A stretch of DNA of 64,000 nt. Origin: Octopus bimaculoides (Eukaryota). The position numbers and the translations under genes were made by a program. Where the stretch lies: assembly GCF_001194135.2 (NCBI RefSeq), contig NC_068986.1, forward strand, positions 38,291,612 to 38,355,611. The letters run 5' to 3'. The notes under the pieces are model-generated. The model searched no databases. It was given only the letters and a program-made list of their open reading frames with translations, and was not told where the DNA came from. Positions 12,030-24,084 of the stretch are shown one piece after another; the stretch's first letter is position 1, and each line of letters starts with the position of its first letter.

Positions 12030-12400
12030 AGTGAAACAGAGTTTGCTTCCCAACCACATGGTTTCGGGTTTAGTCCCACTGGGTGGCACCCTTGAACAAG
12101 TGTCTTCTATGATAGCCTTGGGCCAACCAAAGCCTTGTAAATGGATTTGGTACTAAAAGAAGGCCATCATATGTGTTTGGGTGTGTCTTTGTACTTGTCC
12201 CCACTTCCATCACTTGATGATCGATGTTGGTTTGTTTTCATCTCTGTAACTTAGCAATTTGGTAAAGAGAGACTGATAGAATAAGTACCAGGCTTAAAAA
12301 AATAAGTACTGGGATCAATTTATTTGACTAAACCCTTCAAGGCAGTGTCTGTTCATGGCTGCAGTCCAATGATTGACATAAGTGAAAGGTAAAACATAAA
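12030..12400 (+). mobile_element. tRNA/CORE SINE type A
   Basis: ttgcttcccaaccacatgg..ttagtcccactg..ccttgaacaagtgtcttct..body..ataagtgaaaggtaa. Confidence 0.75.
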
Positions 12401-12738
12401 AGGAATTAGACTTACTTTCCTAAGTATCAGAAAAATATTTGATATCATTACTGTATTACTTCCTTTTCATCATGTTTGAAGTGAAATTTTATTTCAAATC
12501 AGTCCCGTAAAATAATTATGAAATGAACTGTCATATTTCAACAACTGTCTCATATTCCACTCCTGACTCAAGCTTTACCAGATCATGTATTTACCCACTG
12601 ATATTTTGACAAAAACCCAAGTATATGTTTAGAATTTCTGATATTTCCATGTCTTTCATGTCAGCTAAGTTTTTCTCAACTACAACTTTGAATCTTTATG
12701 ATCTCCAACACTGTTGATTGGTCACTTATATCATGTCT

Positions 12739-12933
12739 GGTAAGTTCGCCACCATCAATTCACAATTTTTTTTTTCATTTAAATAGTTTTAAACTATTAA
12801 TGGTGAGATACTATGGATATATTTTCCCAGTGAATTTTCCTTGTGAACTTTCCCTATGGTGAATTTTCTTCACAGTGAATTGATGGCAGTGAACTTTTCC
12901 TGCGGTGAATTGATGGTGGTGAGTGAACTTACC
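12739..12933. mobile_element. Second foldback-like copy, inverted relative to 8362-8800
   Basis: TIRs GGTAAGTTCGCCACCATCAATTCAC / GTGAATTGATGGTGGTGAGTGAACTTACC; spacer is the reverse complement of 8500-8560. Confidence 0.7.
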
Positions 12934-14092
12934 TGTGATCGCCTATATATCAAGCTGTTCCTCAAAAACAATGAAGACACAAAAAATTGTCAAATTTAGT
13001 CCAAATACCCTGTAGTTACCATGGGCTGAGATGGACATGTCTTTTTGGTAGTAGCAGTATTCTATCAATAAAATAAGTACCAGTGAGCACTGAGGCTGGG
13101 GTAATTGACTTACCCCCTCCCCTAAAACTACTGGCCTTATGCCAAAAATTGAAACAGTTATATTCTGTCAACGGTGTGTTATTCTGACACTTTTCACTTG
13201 ATTGCTGTGTACTTTCAAAAAAATCCTCAGGTTAATATCACTAGTGGCATAGCTAGACTGTGTGCTGCACAAAGCAACCCTTGAGGTTGCACCCCACAAA
13301 AAAATGTAACATATTGCACAGTGACTTTTTTATATTCTATGTGTATATATATATATTGATTATTAACTAGTTTGTGTACCAACTATCCTATTGAATGTCA
13401 ACAGAATGTGGCATTCCTGAAAGCAGCTGATCACCAAGGAAGGGAAATACTTAAATGAAATATGACCAGTTGTCAGAACTTTTTGCAGTTTGGGAATGGA
13501 TTTATTGCTTTTCAGGAACTTGAAAACTGTTTATAACAGTGGGGTACAATGTCAAGGAGTTATATTCTGTTGTCTGGGGATAAAATTAGTGCATCAAACT
13601 TTATTGGTACAGATGGCTTCTACGATAAGCCCAGCTTACAACATTCCTATTGTGGGAAGTTTTGACATATTCACTGTGTCATGTGATCCAGTCATATTGT
13701 CACATGGGTTACACTGTAAAAAGCACTCTGTCAACTCTGCAGGATGGTTGGTGTTAGGAAGGGCATCCAGCCATAAAAACCTTGCCAAAACAGACAGTAG
13801 CCTGGTGTAGTCTTCTATTTGGCTGGCTCCTATCAAACTGTCCAATCTATGCAGCATGGAAGGCAGACATTAAAATAATGTTGATTTTTATATATATATA
13901 TATATATATATNNNNNNNNNNNNNNNNNNNNNNNNNNNNNNNNNNNNNNNNNNNNNNNNNNNNNNNNNNNNNNNNNNNNNNNNNNNNNNNNNNNNNNNNN
14001 NNNNNNNNNNNNNNNNNNNNNNNNCAATAACAAAAAAACAACAAAGTGAGGACGTGATACGGATAGTGTTATTGGACGCTCAGGAAAGGAAA

Positions 14093-14134
<42 letters not shown>

Positions 14135-16814
14135 AATAAATAATGATAGAGGCAGTATTAATACCCAAAGGTAAAATAACCACCACCTAGAAGTGGCTGT
14201 TGTGTTTGAACACACACATATACTACAATATTTACCTAGAGGGAAAACTCTCATATGGTTATATGGTGCATAAAAGCACATCTTAGCTATTGTCAGTGGC
14301 AGACAATCACCACTACTTCTGCCCCTGAGACTACCAGATCATGCAATTTCAGCCTGATTTCCCTTTTTCAATGATAGACATTAAGTGGTTGGAAATAGCA
14401 GTAACTGCCTCGCTAGTGATATACATAGAAATACAGAGCCAAAACAGGCGCTGGTGTTACTAAAGTCCAGTGGGCTCAAAAAATAAATTGAATTGATAGA
14501 GGCAGTATTATTTATATATTATTACTAAGGCTGAGAATTCAGTGAATCTGAACTGGGAAGTTGAACAAGGCAACTGAAAGAGAGCACATTGAACTTAGTA
14601 ATAGTTGGAATTGAAAGGAATTCATTTTTGTTTCTCATTTTAACACTATACAGCAGGATGGGTAACTTTTCTTGAGAAGTAGGTTGCATGAAACATGACT
14701 CATTGTCAGGTGGTCTACACTACTAAAAAAAATTTGAGGCAATTTTTCATTTGGTGTGGCATTCAGGAACTTGTGCAGGCTGTAGTCTGCTTGTGATCGC
14801 TATACAGTGACCCAAAGTCAGGGTTAAGAAGCAACTGGAAAGGCTAAACCTTTAAAGGGCACTTGAATGTTACAAATTGCTACTTCTGTTCTTTATGCAT
14901 TATAAGTTGAAGACTAGTAGACAGCCATTTGAAATAAATACAGACATACCCTGTTTGTTCTTGGTCATACTGAAGTTGAATGCTTTAACGATTTAAAGTG
15001 ATTGATTCGTGTTTACTGTTTTTCATCACAACTCCACACACCACCAAAAAAACATTGGTTATTTCAATTCTCAAAATAGTTGCAATGATAACAGTGACAG
15101 CAGCAGTAAAATAACACAGATGTCAATCATATGGCATTAAGTAATTTTTCTTATTTTGCTAATTGTTAGAATATTGATTGTTAGTCTCTTGTTGACATTT
15201 TATTACAAACTATTTTTTTTTTTTTTTTTTTTTTTTTTCTGAATAGTCTTTGTAGGACATATGGATAAATCTTACATATCAATATAGTTTTCTTTTATAT
15301 CCTATAAATGTAAGTTTTAATTGCATATAGAGAAGTTTCAGTGCATTTAATGGCATTTATAGTGGTCAATGAATTATTTTGATAAACACTGGACCTACTT
15401 AAGCAACTCACTCAGTCATTTAAGTCAATTTTATTGCACTTGTTATCGCTTTTTGTTACATTCTGTTTACAACATTCGAGTTATGTTCTTACACAATGTT
15501 TACTGCTGATCCCAAAATATATGGTGTATACAGATGTATTAAAGAGATGTTTATAGTAAATCAAACTTTGCAGCAAAATTTGTAGACACAACATAATTTT
15601 AAAAACAGTTGTGGTTAAAATAGAACACTCATGTTATTCAGTGACAGCTCGCTACAGGAGAGGGACTATGTTAAAAATAGCCATACTGTGTTTTTACAGA
15701 ATATCTGTATGTGAAAGTGGATGTTTTAAAACATGAACAGCAATAAGATGGAAATTATTTTATAATCAATACTTTTTCTTTTCTTTTTTTTTATATACAG
15801 GTCAACGGGTTAAGTGCTACACATTATTTAATTTCCTTCCTTCATTTACCGAGTTCTAATTTTGCCAGGACTGACTTGGCTTTCCATATCTCCAAGGTTA
15901 ATGAATTAAGTATCAGTGATGCACTGAGATCAATTTATTTGGCCTATTTTATCTTGACTAACTTGTGTTTTTGTGCTAAAGTTAGAAATCAACACTACTA
16001 CTGCTACTACTACCACCGCCACCACTACCACTTGCACAGGGGCCTCACAGATCAAAGGATCCTATTCTGATCTTTGTAAACTGTGACTTACTGTCTGCTA
16101 CCATCCCAGGCTCTGCTGCTGGTCAGGCTGAGAAAAGCAAACTGTCAGCTGCTCATGGTCAAGCCTGTGGCAGTGGAGACCTGGCATTCTTGCCCCCAAT
16201 CTATCCCAGACCATATCCCTTCTCACAGCCATCTTGGGGCAGAAATGGCTGTCTGCAAGTGCAAGCACTGCGAGTCAGAGTGGTTGTTTCAGCACACTTT
16301 CCTCTCCAACCTCTGGGACAGTACCCTTTCCATTCTGTTTACTGGGACCACAAGGTGGTCTGACTGAAGGAAATTGTACATTTCACTCCTTCATATAATT
16401 AAAATTAAATTCAAAATTGAAATTTCAAAAAATTTAGCATTAAGTAAATACTATAGGGCCCAGTGCATTGATTTTCCTAGGGGCCTACAATGCTGTTAAG
16501 ACAGCCCTGCTTAGAATATTTAGTTTTGACTCTCTGTGTGCTGAGTTCATATACTGGTGGAATGAGCTTCATCTTTCATCCATCTTGAATCAGTAACAAG
16601 CAGGATAGCAGTACCATGCACTTTATTTATTTCACCACATACTCTCTAATATAAGTTTATTGGGATTTGTGGGCTTTGTTTCACCCATTTACTCTTTGTA
16701 GTTCATATTCTTCCTGTGCCAATTATACTTTAACTAATCTTCTGGGATTGAGAAAAATAAATTTCATTAACATACTGGGACCTAGAATCTGCTTTGAGCT
16801 GAATTAAAAGAATT

Positions 16815-16885
16815 TGCTACTACCATAACTACTACCATTGCCACCGCTGCTGCTGCTGTTACTACTACCACTACTGCTGCTGCTG

Positions 16886-16966
<81 letters not shown>

Positions 16967-16970
16967 GATT
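16815..16970. repeat. Compound trinucleotide microsatellite (CTA/GCT/TAA)
   Basis: Visible runs of (CTA)n, (GCT)n, (ATA)n. Confidence 0.95.
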
Positions 16971-17553
16971 CATTTATTTGCCACAAGGGCAAAGGATGAG
17001 GACAATACAGAGACAGACATAAAGTGTGGGGGTTTAAATATAATAATGAAATATTAAAAAAATTAAATAAAGAACACAGGGTATACACTGGAAAGGAAGG
17101 GAGATATGCATAGTATACAAAGATAAAAAATTTTAAAAAAGGGGAGTGGATGGGGAAGATGATATAGATGTGGCTCTCCTGATACAGGGATGCCTCTAGA
17201 GATCATTGAGAAACCACACTGTCAGAGATTTCCCTGAAACTCTAGGTGCAAATGCCCTCCCCAATTCCTTCTCTCCAACTCACAGGTCTACACTTAGAGA
17301 GGTACCATACACTCTTGCCATTTTCTCAACTTTCACCCACCTTCCAATAAACTCAATCAAGGACAGCACTTTCCTCTCCACTCTCAATTTCCTTTTAAAG
17401 TGAAACTTGAAAAAGTCAATGAGAGCTCTACCAAAGAGGAATGTATCTGCGCTCGTGCCTTTCAGCTTTGTCCACCAAAGAACTTCTTTTGCCACAGCCA
17501 CCAGGCAAGGGAAAACTGCTTTGCCTACCCGATAATAATAACAATGTACTGGT
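16933..17553 (-). mobile_element. L1/Tx1-like LINE 3' fragment
   Basis: Minus-strand peptide LVAVAKEVLWWTKLKG...FFKFHFKRKLRVERKVLS...RWVKV resembles Tx1-clade ORF2 C-termini; followed by a 3'UTR and a (TAT)n tail. Confidence 0.6.
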
Positions 17554-17704
17554 TGAGATGGTTGATGGTTTGGGTTTTCTGATTTGATAATTAATTGTTC
17601 TGGGTTGAAATTCTGCCAGAATTAATAAGTAACTAAAGTCAATTCAATCAATAATATGTGTGTATACACATGTGTGTGCGCACACACACACACACACACA
17701 CACA

Positions 17705-18045
17705 CCTTTTATCTTTTACTTGTTTCAGTCTTTGGACTGTGACTATGTTGGGACACCACCTTGAAGAGTATAGTTGAACAAATTGTCCCCAGTACTAATT
17801 TTTTTTTTTTTAAAGTCTGGTATTTAGTCTATCAGTCTCTTCTGCCAAACAGTTATGGGGATGTAAACAAATCAACATTGGTTGTCAAGTGGTGATTGGG
17901 ACAAACAACCACAAGGACACACACACACACACAAGGCATTGGTCAGCCTGGGGCTATAGAAGAGGGTACTTGCTCATGGTGCTGCACAGTGGGACTGAAC
18001 CCATAACAACATAGTTACAAAGCAAGCTTCTTAACCACCAAACAG
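17705..18045 (-). mobile_element. tRNA/CORE SINE type A
   Basis: Starts cttttatcttttacttgtttcagtc (reverse complement of type A tail); CORE-like part at 17940-18040. Confidence 0.75.
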
Positions 18046-18285
18046 GAGAAATAAAACCTAGCAACTCATGGACAGTGACCAAGAGAACTCATTATTATAT
18101 TGCTTGCTTTCAGGTATCTGGGTTCATTATCTTCCATGTCTCTGCTGAACCCATGTTGGGAAGGGGCAGGGAGGTGACATCCAAGAGAAGTTGTGGGATG
18201 GGTATAAGTATCAGTAATATAGGTTGTCAATTGTTTCTATCTTCTACCTAAAGCTTTAAGAAAATACTACTGTTATTGTTTAAGA

Positions 18286-18745
18286 ATCATCATCATCATT
18301 TAATGTCCATTGTCCATGCTGGCATGGGTTGGGTGGTTTGACCAGGCCTGGTAGGCTGAGGGGTTGCACCAGACTCCAGTCTGATTTGGCATGGTTTCTA
18401 CAGCTGGATGCCCTTCCTAATGCTAACCACTCCGAGAGTGTAATGGGTGCTTTTATGTGCCACCGGCACACCAATATCTGCCATGACTACGATTTCACTT
18501 GACTTGATGAGTCTTTTCAAGCACAGCATATTGCCAAAGGTCTCGGTCGCTTGTTATTGCCTCCGTGAAGCCCAATTCTTGAAAGGTGCTTCTTACATGC
18601 CACTAGCATGGGTGCTAGTTATGTGACACCAGCATCGGCCACATTGCCTCTATGAGGCTCAACACTTGAAAGGTGCCTCTGTCATGGATACCAGTTATGT
18701 GACACTGGCATCAGCCACGGTTACAATTTCATTTGGCTTGGCAGG
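18286..18745 (-). mobile_element. RTE LINE 3' end including ORF terminus, internally duplicated
   Basis: (ATC)n at left; minus frame LGFTEAITSDRDLWQYAVLEKTHQVK* at about 18495-18580; degenerate duplicate at 18600-18745. Confidence 0.75.
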
Positions 18746-19214
18746 TCTGCTATTTAAATCCTTTACTGTGGAAATTAGAAATATCCACTCAAAATTTCCT
18801 CACCCTTAACTGCAGAAAACAGTTTTATATAGCAACCTCTCTTTTGTTGTGGTATGCCATTTTTGGGACTATTTCTTGTTGAGACTTGTCAAGTTTATTG
18901 TGAGAACATGACTTGCAGGAAATACCAAGTCTGTTTTTTGGTTGATATTTAATACCATTACTCAGATGACTGAAATTTAATTCCACAGTTAAAGGATTAA
19001 GAAACTTCTGCTGTTAAATTATTACTCTCTTTATTTGTAGCAAATAAATAAGTTTATCTACTGTAAAGAGTAGAATTGAAACATTTTTCACTTCTGCTGG
19101 TAGCTGATCTTATCAAACTCTTCTATAAGTGTTGATTGATTGTCAACACCAGACCATCAAGTTTCCTTTGGTTCTTGATTCTACTCTTTTTTTCTTTTCT
19201 TTATCTTATTAAAG

Positions 19215-19276
19215 GTGGAGCTGATGAAGATCACGATGGGGCCAATGAATCCCTTTCTTCAAATGAAAGAGCAAAA
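19215..19276 (+). CDS. OSBPL8: ORP8/5-like exon (GGADEDHDGANESLSSNERAK)
   Basis: AG at 19213-14, phase 1 in, phase 0 out at AAA|GTAATG; the final K joins SESKLY to give KSESKLY as in vertebrate ORP8. Confidence 0.75.
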
Positions 19277-20068
19277 GTAATGGAATTTTATCATTAGTGA
19301 AAATGACACAGAAAATTGTATGTTAACTATGTTAAATATTGTTGTTCTGATCTTGTCAATTGTTGAATATTGTCCACTTATTTATGTATTTAGTTTTATT
19401 TTACTTTTGTTTTTTGTTATGTCTCTTGTTAGTGATTATTGTATACTGTTTATAAATTAAATATTGTTCAGTGTTATGAAGGGTCACTGCAACATTGATA
19501 ACATTGTTGAATGTACCTTAAAAATGACGGTGAGGGGAAATGTAGAGACAATATAAAGGAGTAAGAGTTGAACTCCTTGCACAAATGTCATGAGTTCAAG
19601 CCTTAACACAGGCATCAGGGTAAACAACCAGTCTCAATTGTCTGTGTCAAGTTTACTGGAAATAATTACACTTTTACATCAAGGTTACATTTGTAGAAAC
19701 TGTTGTAATAATTTATTAAGATATTTGAATTTGCATTACTATTCAATTCATGCTTAAACAAGCATATTAAATTAAAAGCATTTTGGTGTTTGCAGTAATA
19801 ATAATAATAATAATTACCTGTCTCTTTGTTTCTTGGTTTCACTGCCTGCAAAATAGTATATAAGCTTGAATTCATTGAATTCATTTCCACACTAATTTCA
19901 TTGTAAGTTATGCAAGTATGGTTGGTTAATTGGTCAAGTTGATTATATACTGTTCCTAAATATTTTATCCTTGAATTAGTTATATATGCCTACTCTGATT
20001 CAGACAATTAATTTCTCTTGTTTCAGATAATTTTACTAAATGTTTTCAATCTGTTTTCCCTCTGCTAG

Positions 20069-20146
20069 TCTGAAAGCAAGTTGTACAGTCCAATGGCAGA
20101 GAAAAGTAACATGGGCTCTAAGCAATCCAAGAGGGAATCACTCAAG
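20069..20146 (+). CDS. OSBPL8: ORP8/5-like exon (SESKLYSPMAEKSNMGSKQSKRESLK)
   Basis: ctgctAG acceptor, AAG|GTAATG donor; SESKLY...ESLK matches the ORP8 pre-PH segment. Confidence 0.9.
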
Positions 20147-20300
20147 GTAATGAACAATTTTAGTCTTTTAGCAATGTCAATAAACAACAATTTATTTCAG
20201 ATGGCTGTATAGAAATGACTCGTCAGTTTTGACCAATGCACTCAATTTATTTTTTAAAGCACTAATATTCTTTATTGTATAGAAAGCATCGCTATGTTGT

Positions 20301-20523
20301 TTAACTCTTTTGCATTTAAACCAATCATATCCAGCCAAAATATTCTACCTGTTTTATGATCAAACCAACCAGATCCAGCCTCTTACACCTACCCTACAAT
20401 GTCATTCTAAAAAAAAAAAACTAATCACATCAACAGGATCTCAAAGCTATGAAATAATATGTGCTTAATTCAAAATAATTAGCATTATATTTAACAGAGT
20501 AATCCTGAATGCTAAAGGGTTAA
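20301..20523. mobile_element. piggyBac-type MITE family 1
   Basis: TTAA at both ends; termini (C)TCTTTTGCATT...AATGCTAAAGGG; about 215 bp. Confidence 0.8.
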
Positions 20524-20599
20524 GAACTCTGCAAAAATCAGTAGTGCATCACAAAAAATACTCTGTAATATTTAATTGTAGCACACAAAATATTCTGTG

Positions 20600-21235
20600 A
20601 TATTTAATTGTATCACTTAGTGTTTCTGAGTTCAAATCCTGCTGAGATTGTTTCTGTCTTTCATTCTATCAGAATCAATAAAATAAGCAGCAGTCAAGTA
20701 CTGTAGTCAGTTAATGGTTAAATCTTTAATAGTCTTCTACCAATATTTGTGGCCTTATGCGTTTGTTATAAATTATTATTATTATTATTATTGTTGTTAA
20801 AGCAATAAACTGGCAGAATCGTTAGAAAGCCGGTCACAATGCTGAACAGCATTTTGTCCGACTTTATGTGCTGAGTTCAAATCCTGCTGAGGTCGACTTT
20901 GCCTTTCATCCTTTCGAGGTCAATAAAATAAGTACCAGTTGTGCACTGGGGTTGATTTTACTGACTTATCACTCTCTGAAATTACTGGCCCTGTGCCAAA
21001 ATTTTAAACCATTTTTATTGTTATTGTTAAAGCGGTAAGCTGACAGAATCATTAACACACTGGGCAAAATGTTTAGCAGCATTTCGTCCGTCTTTATGTT
21101 CTAAGGTCAACTTTACCTTTCACCCTTTCAGGGTCAATAAAATAACTACCAGTTGAGTATTGGGGTTGATGTAATTAATATATCTCCTCCCCCAAATTTC
21201 AGGCATTGTGCCTATAGTAGAAAGAGTTATTATTA
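20600..21235 (+). mobile_element. Three tandem SINE type C copies
   Basis: Repeating gagttcaaatcctgctgagg..ctttcatc..aataaaataag..ggccttgtgcc units at about 20620, 20805, 21034 separated by (ATT)n/gttaaag. Confidence 0.75.
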
Positions 21236-21361
21236 CTGTTGGAAGACTTGACGTTTCTTAGCCATGTTGTTATTACTATTTCTTACCCACACTAGCATGG
21301 AAAAGCAGCTGTATACTTAATGATGATACATAATAGGTGACATAAACAAGAGATTAGCCCT

Positions 21362-21575
21362 TTAACCCTTTAACCTTTAAACCAGCCATATCCAGCCTAA
21401 ATGTTCCAACTGTTTTATGTTCAGACCAGCTAGATCCAATGTCTCACACCTACCCTACAATGTCACTCTAAAAATATGTACTCACATCATCGAAATCTCA
21501 AAGCTATGAGATATATAGCATGGTTAATTCAAAACAAAGTGAACAAATAAGCATTCCATTTGATGGATGACTTAA
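21362..21575. mobile_element. piggyBac-type MITE family 1, right end degenerate
   Basis: TTAACCCTTT start; body matches 20301 and 32843 copies. Confidence 0.7.
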
Positions 21576-21886
21576 ATGGGTGCAGATTACATAAATAATG
21601 GGTTTAAACATTGTACTGTTAGATTGAAGTAAACAAGGACATCACAACACCCATGACTTTCAGAAGCATTTTTTTTTACGCTCAGAGTTGCTGAAACATG
21701 GGGTAAACTACCTGCATCAGTTGTTATCTGTCAAGACACTACATCCTTCAAAACTTACATGCTTCCTGAAATTCACCAACAGTACACCCTGTACATATTC
21801 TACGTACTGTTCATTCAGTTTTGATTTTTATGAGGAGTTGCAGTGCACCTGAGTACAGTATACAATAAGTTCATTATAATTATTAT

Positions 21887-22285
21887 AGGCACAGAAGTGG
21901 TTGTGTGGTAAGTAGCTTGCTTACGAACCACATGGTTCCGGTTTCAGTCCCACTGCATGGCACCTTGGGCAAGTGTCTTCTACTATAGCCTCGGGCCGAT
22001 CAAAGCCTTGTGAGTGGATTTGGTAGACGGAAACTGAAAGAAGCCTGTCGTCTATATATATATATATGTGTGTCTGTGTTTGTCCCCCCACCCACCCACA
22101 ACATCGCTTGACAACCGATGCTGGTGTGTTTTCGTCCCCGTAACCTAGCAGTTCAGCAAAATACACCGCTAGAATAAGTACTAGGCTTACAAAGAATAAG
22201 TCCTGGGGTCGATTTGCTCGACTAAAGGTGGTGCTCTAGCATGGCCGCAGTCAAATGACTGAAACAAGTAAAAGAGTTAAAGAGT
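21887..22285 (+). mobile_element. Full-length tRNA/CORE SINE type A
   Basis: Pol III-like head (GTGTGGTAAG..GTTTCAGTCCC), CCTTGGGCAAGT CORE-like motif, (TA)(TG) tract, body, (AAAGAGT)n tail. Confidence 0.85.
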
Positions 22286-22490
22286 AATATATCTATATGA
22301 CTGAAAAGTAGCTATTACTTATACTTCACAGAAGAGGGTTCTTGCCTTGAGAATAACTTCAAAAATACATATAAATGTCCAAATTTATAGAACAATTCTA
22401 AATAGTGCAAAACTGATCTAGAAATGAAAATTTTTTTACATGCTATGCCCATTTGCTTATTTATCTTACTTATGCTTCTACATTGAAGAT

Positions 22491-22526
<36 letters not shown>

Positions 22527-22683
22527 AGAATACAAAATAACAATCTGTTAATTTAAAATTCTATACTGTTTATCTGATTCTCAACAGACAAAAAGTATAT
22601 TAATTATTCAAGATATTGGTGCCTTTATCTTTCTAGCATAAAAATGCTGGGCTGTTAGGTCAGCTTTACTCATCATCTAAAGC

Positions 22684-23121
22684 TTAACCCTTTTGATACA
22701 ACCTGCCTGAGAGTATCACTGGTTCTATAATATAAACTTCCTGTTTTAAAGTAATCTTAAATTAAAAACTTCTATCAAAACACTATGTTCCATAAACTGT
22801 TTTAACACTTTTGATACCATATTTCTATTGAAATACACTGCCTTTGTTACAATTAATTTTTAAAATAATTAAGAATTTTGTAAAATAATTCTGGTTATAA
22901 TTAAGATGGTGTTTGGAATATAGCATAAAATTTTGGTGAAAGGCTTTGATTTTGATCACTTTGGCAGGATGTTCGTGTCATTGAACCAAGGGCAGTTTCA
23001 GATGAGTTGGTATCAAAAGGTTTAATAAACACAGCTATTTTACTCAATTCTTCATTATTTTCAAAAGTATTTGAAACTAAAGCAGCATATTTCAACAGAA
23101 ATTTAGTAACAAAAGTGTTAA
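22684..23121. mobile_element. piggyBac-type MITE family 2 with a same-family copy nested in reverse orientation (22802-23025)
   Basis: Four TTAA-bounded termini; inner copy flanked by TTAA at 22802-05 and 23022-25; outer halves are reverse complements of inner halves. Confidence 0.8.
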
Positions 23122-23762
23122 TGTAGTTTTAGAAATATTTAATAAAAAAAAAAAATGTAGAGTGTCTTTGTGAGTTTTCAGTTTTAACTTCAAAATTTCC
23201 TTTTTAAATCGAACTGATACCATATCTATGGAGAACCATAATTATTTCTAAATGGTATCCATGCAAGTGTAAGACATTATGACATCATCAATACAAGCTT
23301 GAAATGAAAAGTGCATCATATAGTATCGTGTTGTTTAGTACCAGCTTTGACTGAGCAGATGTATAATCAAAAGTATTCATGCCATGATCATATTTGGATT
23401 ACATTATCCAATGATTCTGTCTTAAGATGATGGGGTATTTCATCTTCATGTAGTACCAAACTAGATACTGTCCCTTCCTCACCTATTAATTGAGGTACAA
23501 ACACAAAATAAGTAAAGTGCAATGGCTCCCTTTGGGCTACAGAATTGACTTGTATGGCATGTACCACCAACTCACTGGTTTTTACACAATGAATATTAAG
23601 AAATTTTGAACTAGGAAGAAAATGTTTTTGCAAATGGACAAGGTAAAGAAAATGTGTGTGAGAGATAAAGTAAATATATATATATATATATACATGATTT
23701 TTAAGAAAGAAGCATTTTAATGAAAAAAGTATCTATTAATATTTTGTTGTATTTTATAACAG

Positions 23763-23951
23763 ATGCAGAAAAAAAATTATCGCAGCCAAAAGAAACAAGT
23801 TGCTCGTGAATTACTAACCACCTTGAGTGATCCCTCTGTCATCATTCTCGCAGATTGGTTGAAAATCCGAGGGTCTCTGAAAAGTTGGACTAAGCTATGG
23901 TGTGTGTTAAAACCTGGCTTGCTGATACTTTACAAAAGTGAAAAACAGAAG
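23763..23951 (+). CDS. OSBPL8: ORP8/5 PH domain exon (MQKKNYRSQKK...DWLKIRGSLKSWTKLWCVLKPGLLILYKSEKQK)
   Basis: Close match to ORP8 QKKNYR...DPSV...ADWLKIRG.LKSWTKLWCVLKPG; AG 23761-62, AAG|GTAATT. Confidence 0.97.
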
Positions 23952-24084
23952 GTAATTGGATTATATTTCTGTTTCTTTCTGAAAATATCCCTGACCATTT
24001 TCACCATTGTTCCACCGAAATTTTTATTTTTGCATGCAATGCATAGTGTTCTTCAGCTGTGTATCACCACATATATCTGAAGAA

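Noticed and set aside
16782-17088. Poly-L/V/A and poly-I/S ORFs
   Set aside because: Translations of a trinucleotide microsatellite.
21887-21960. tRNA-like heads of SINEs
   Set aside because: A/B-box-like motifs only, no cloverleaf; not tRNA genes.
23388-23633. Minus-strand 81-aa ORF with faint resemblance to hAT transposase (IHC...LVLH)
   Set aside because: Similarity too weak to support, non-ATG start; the + strand alternative-exon reading is better supported.
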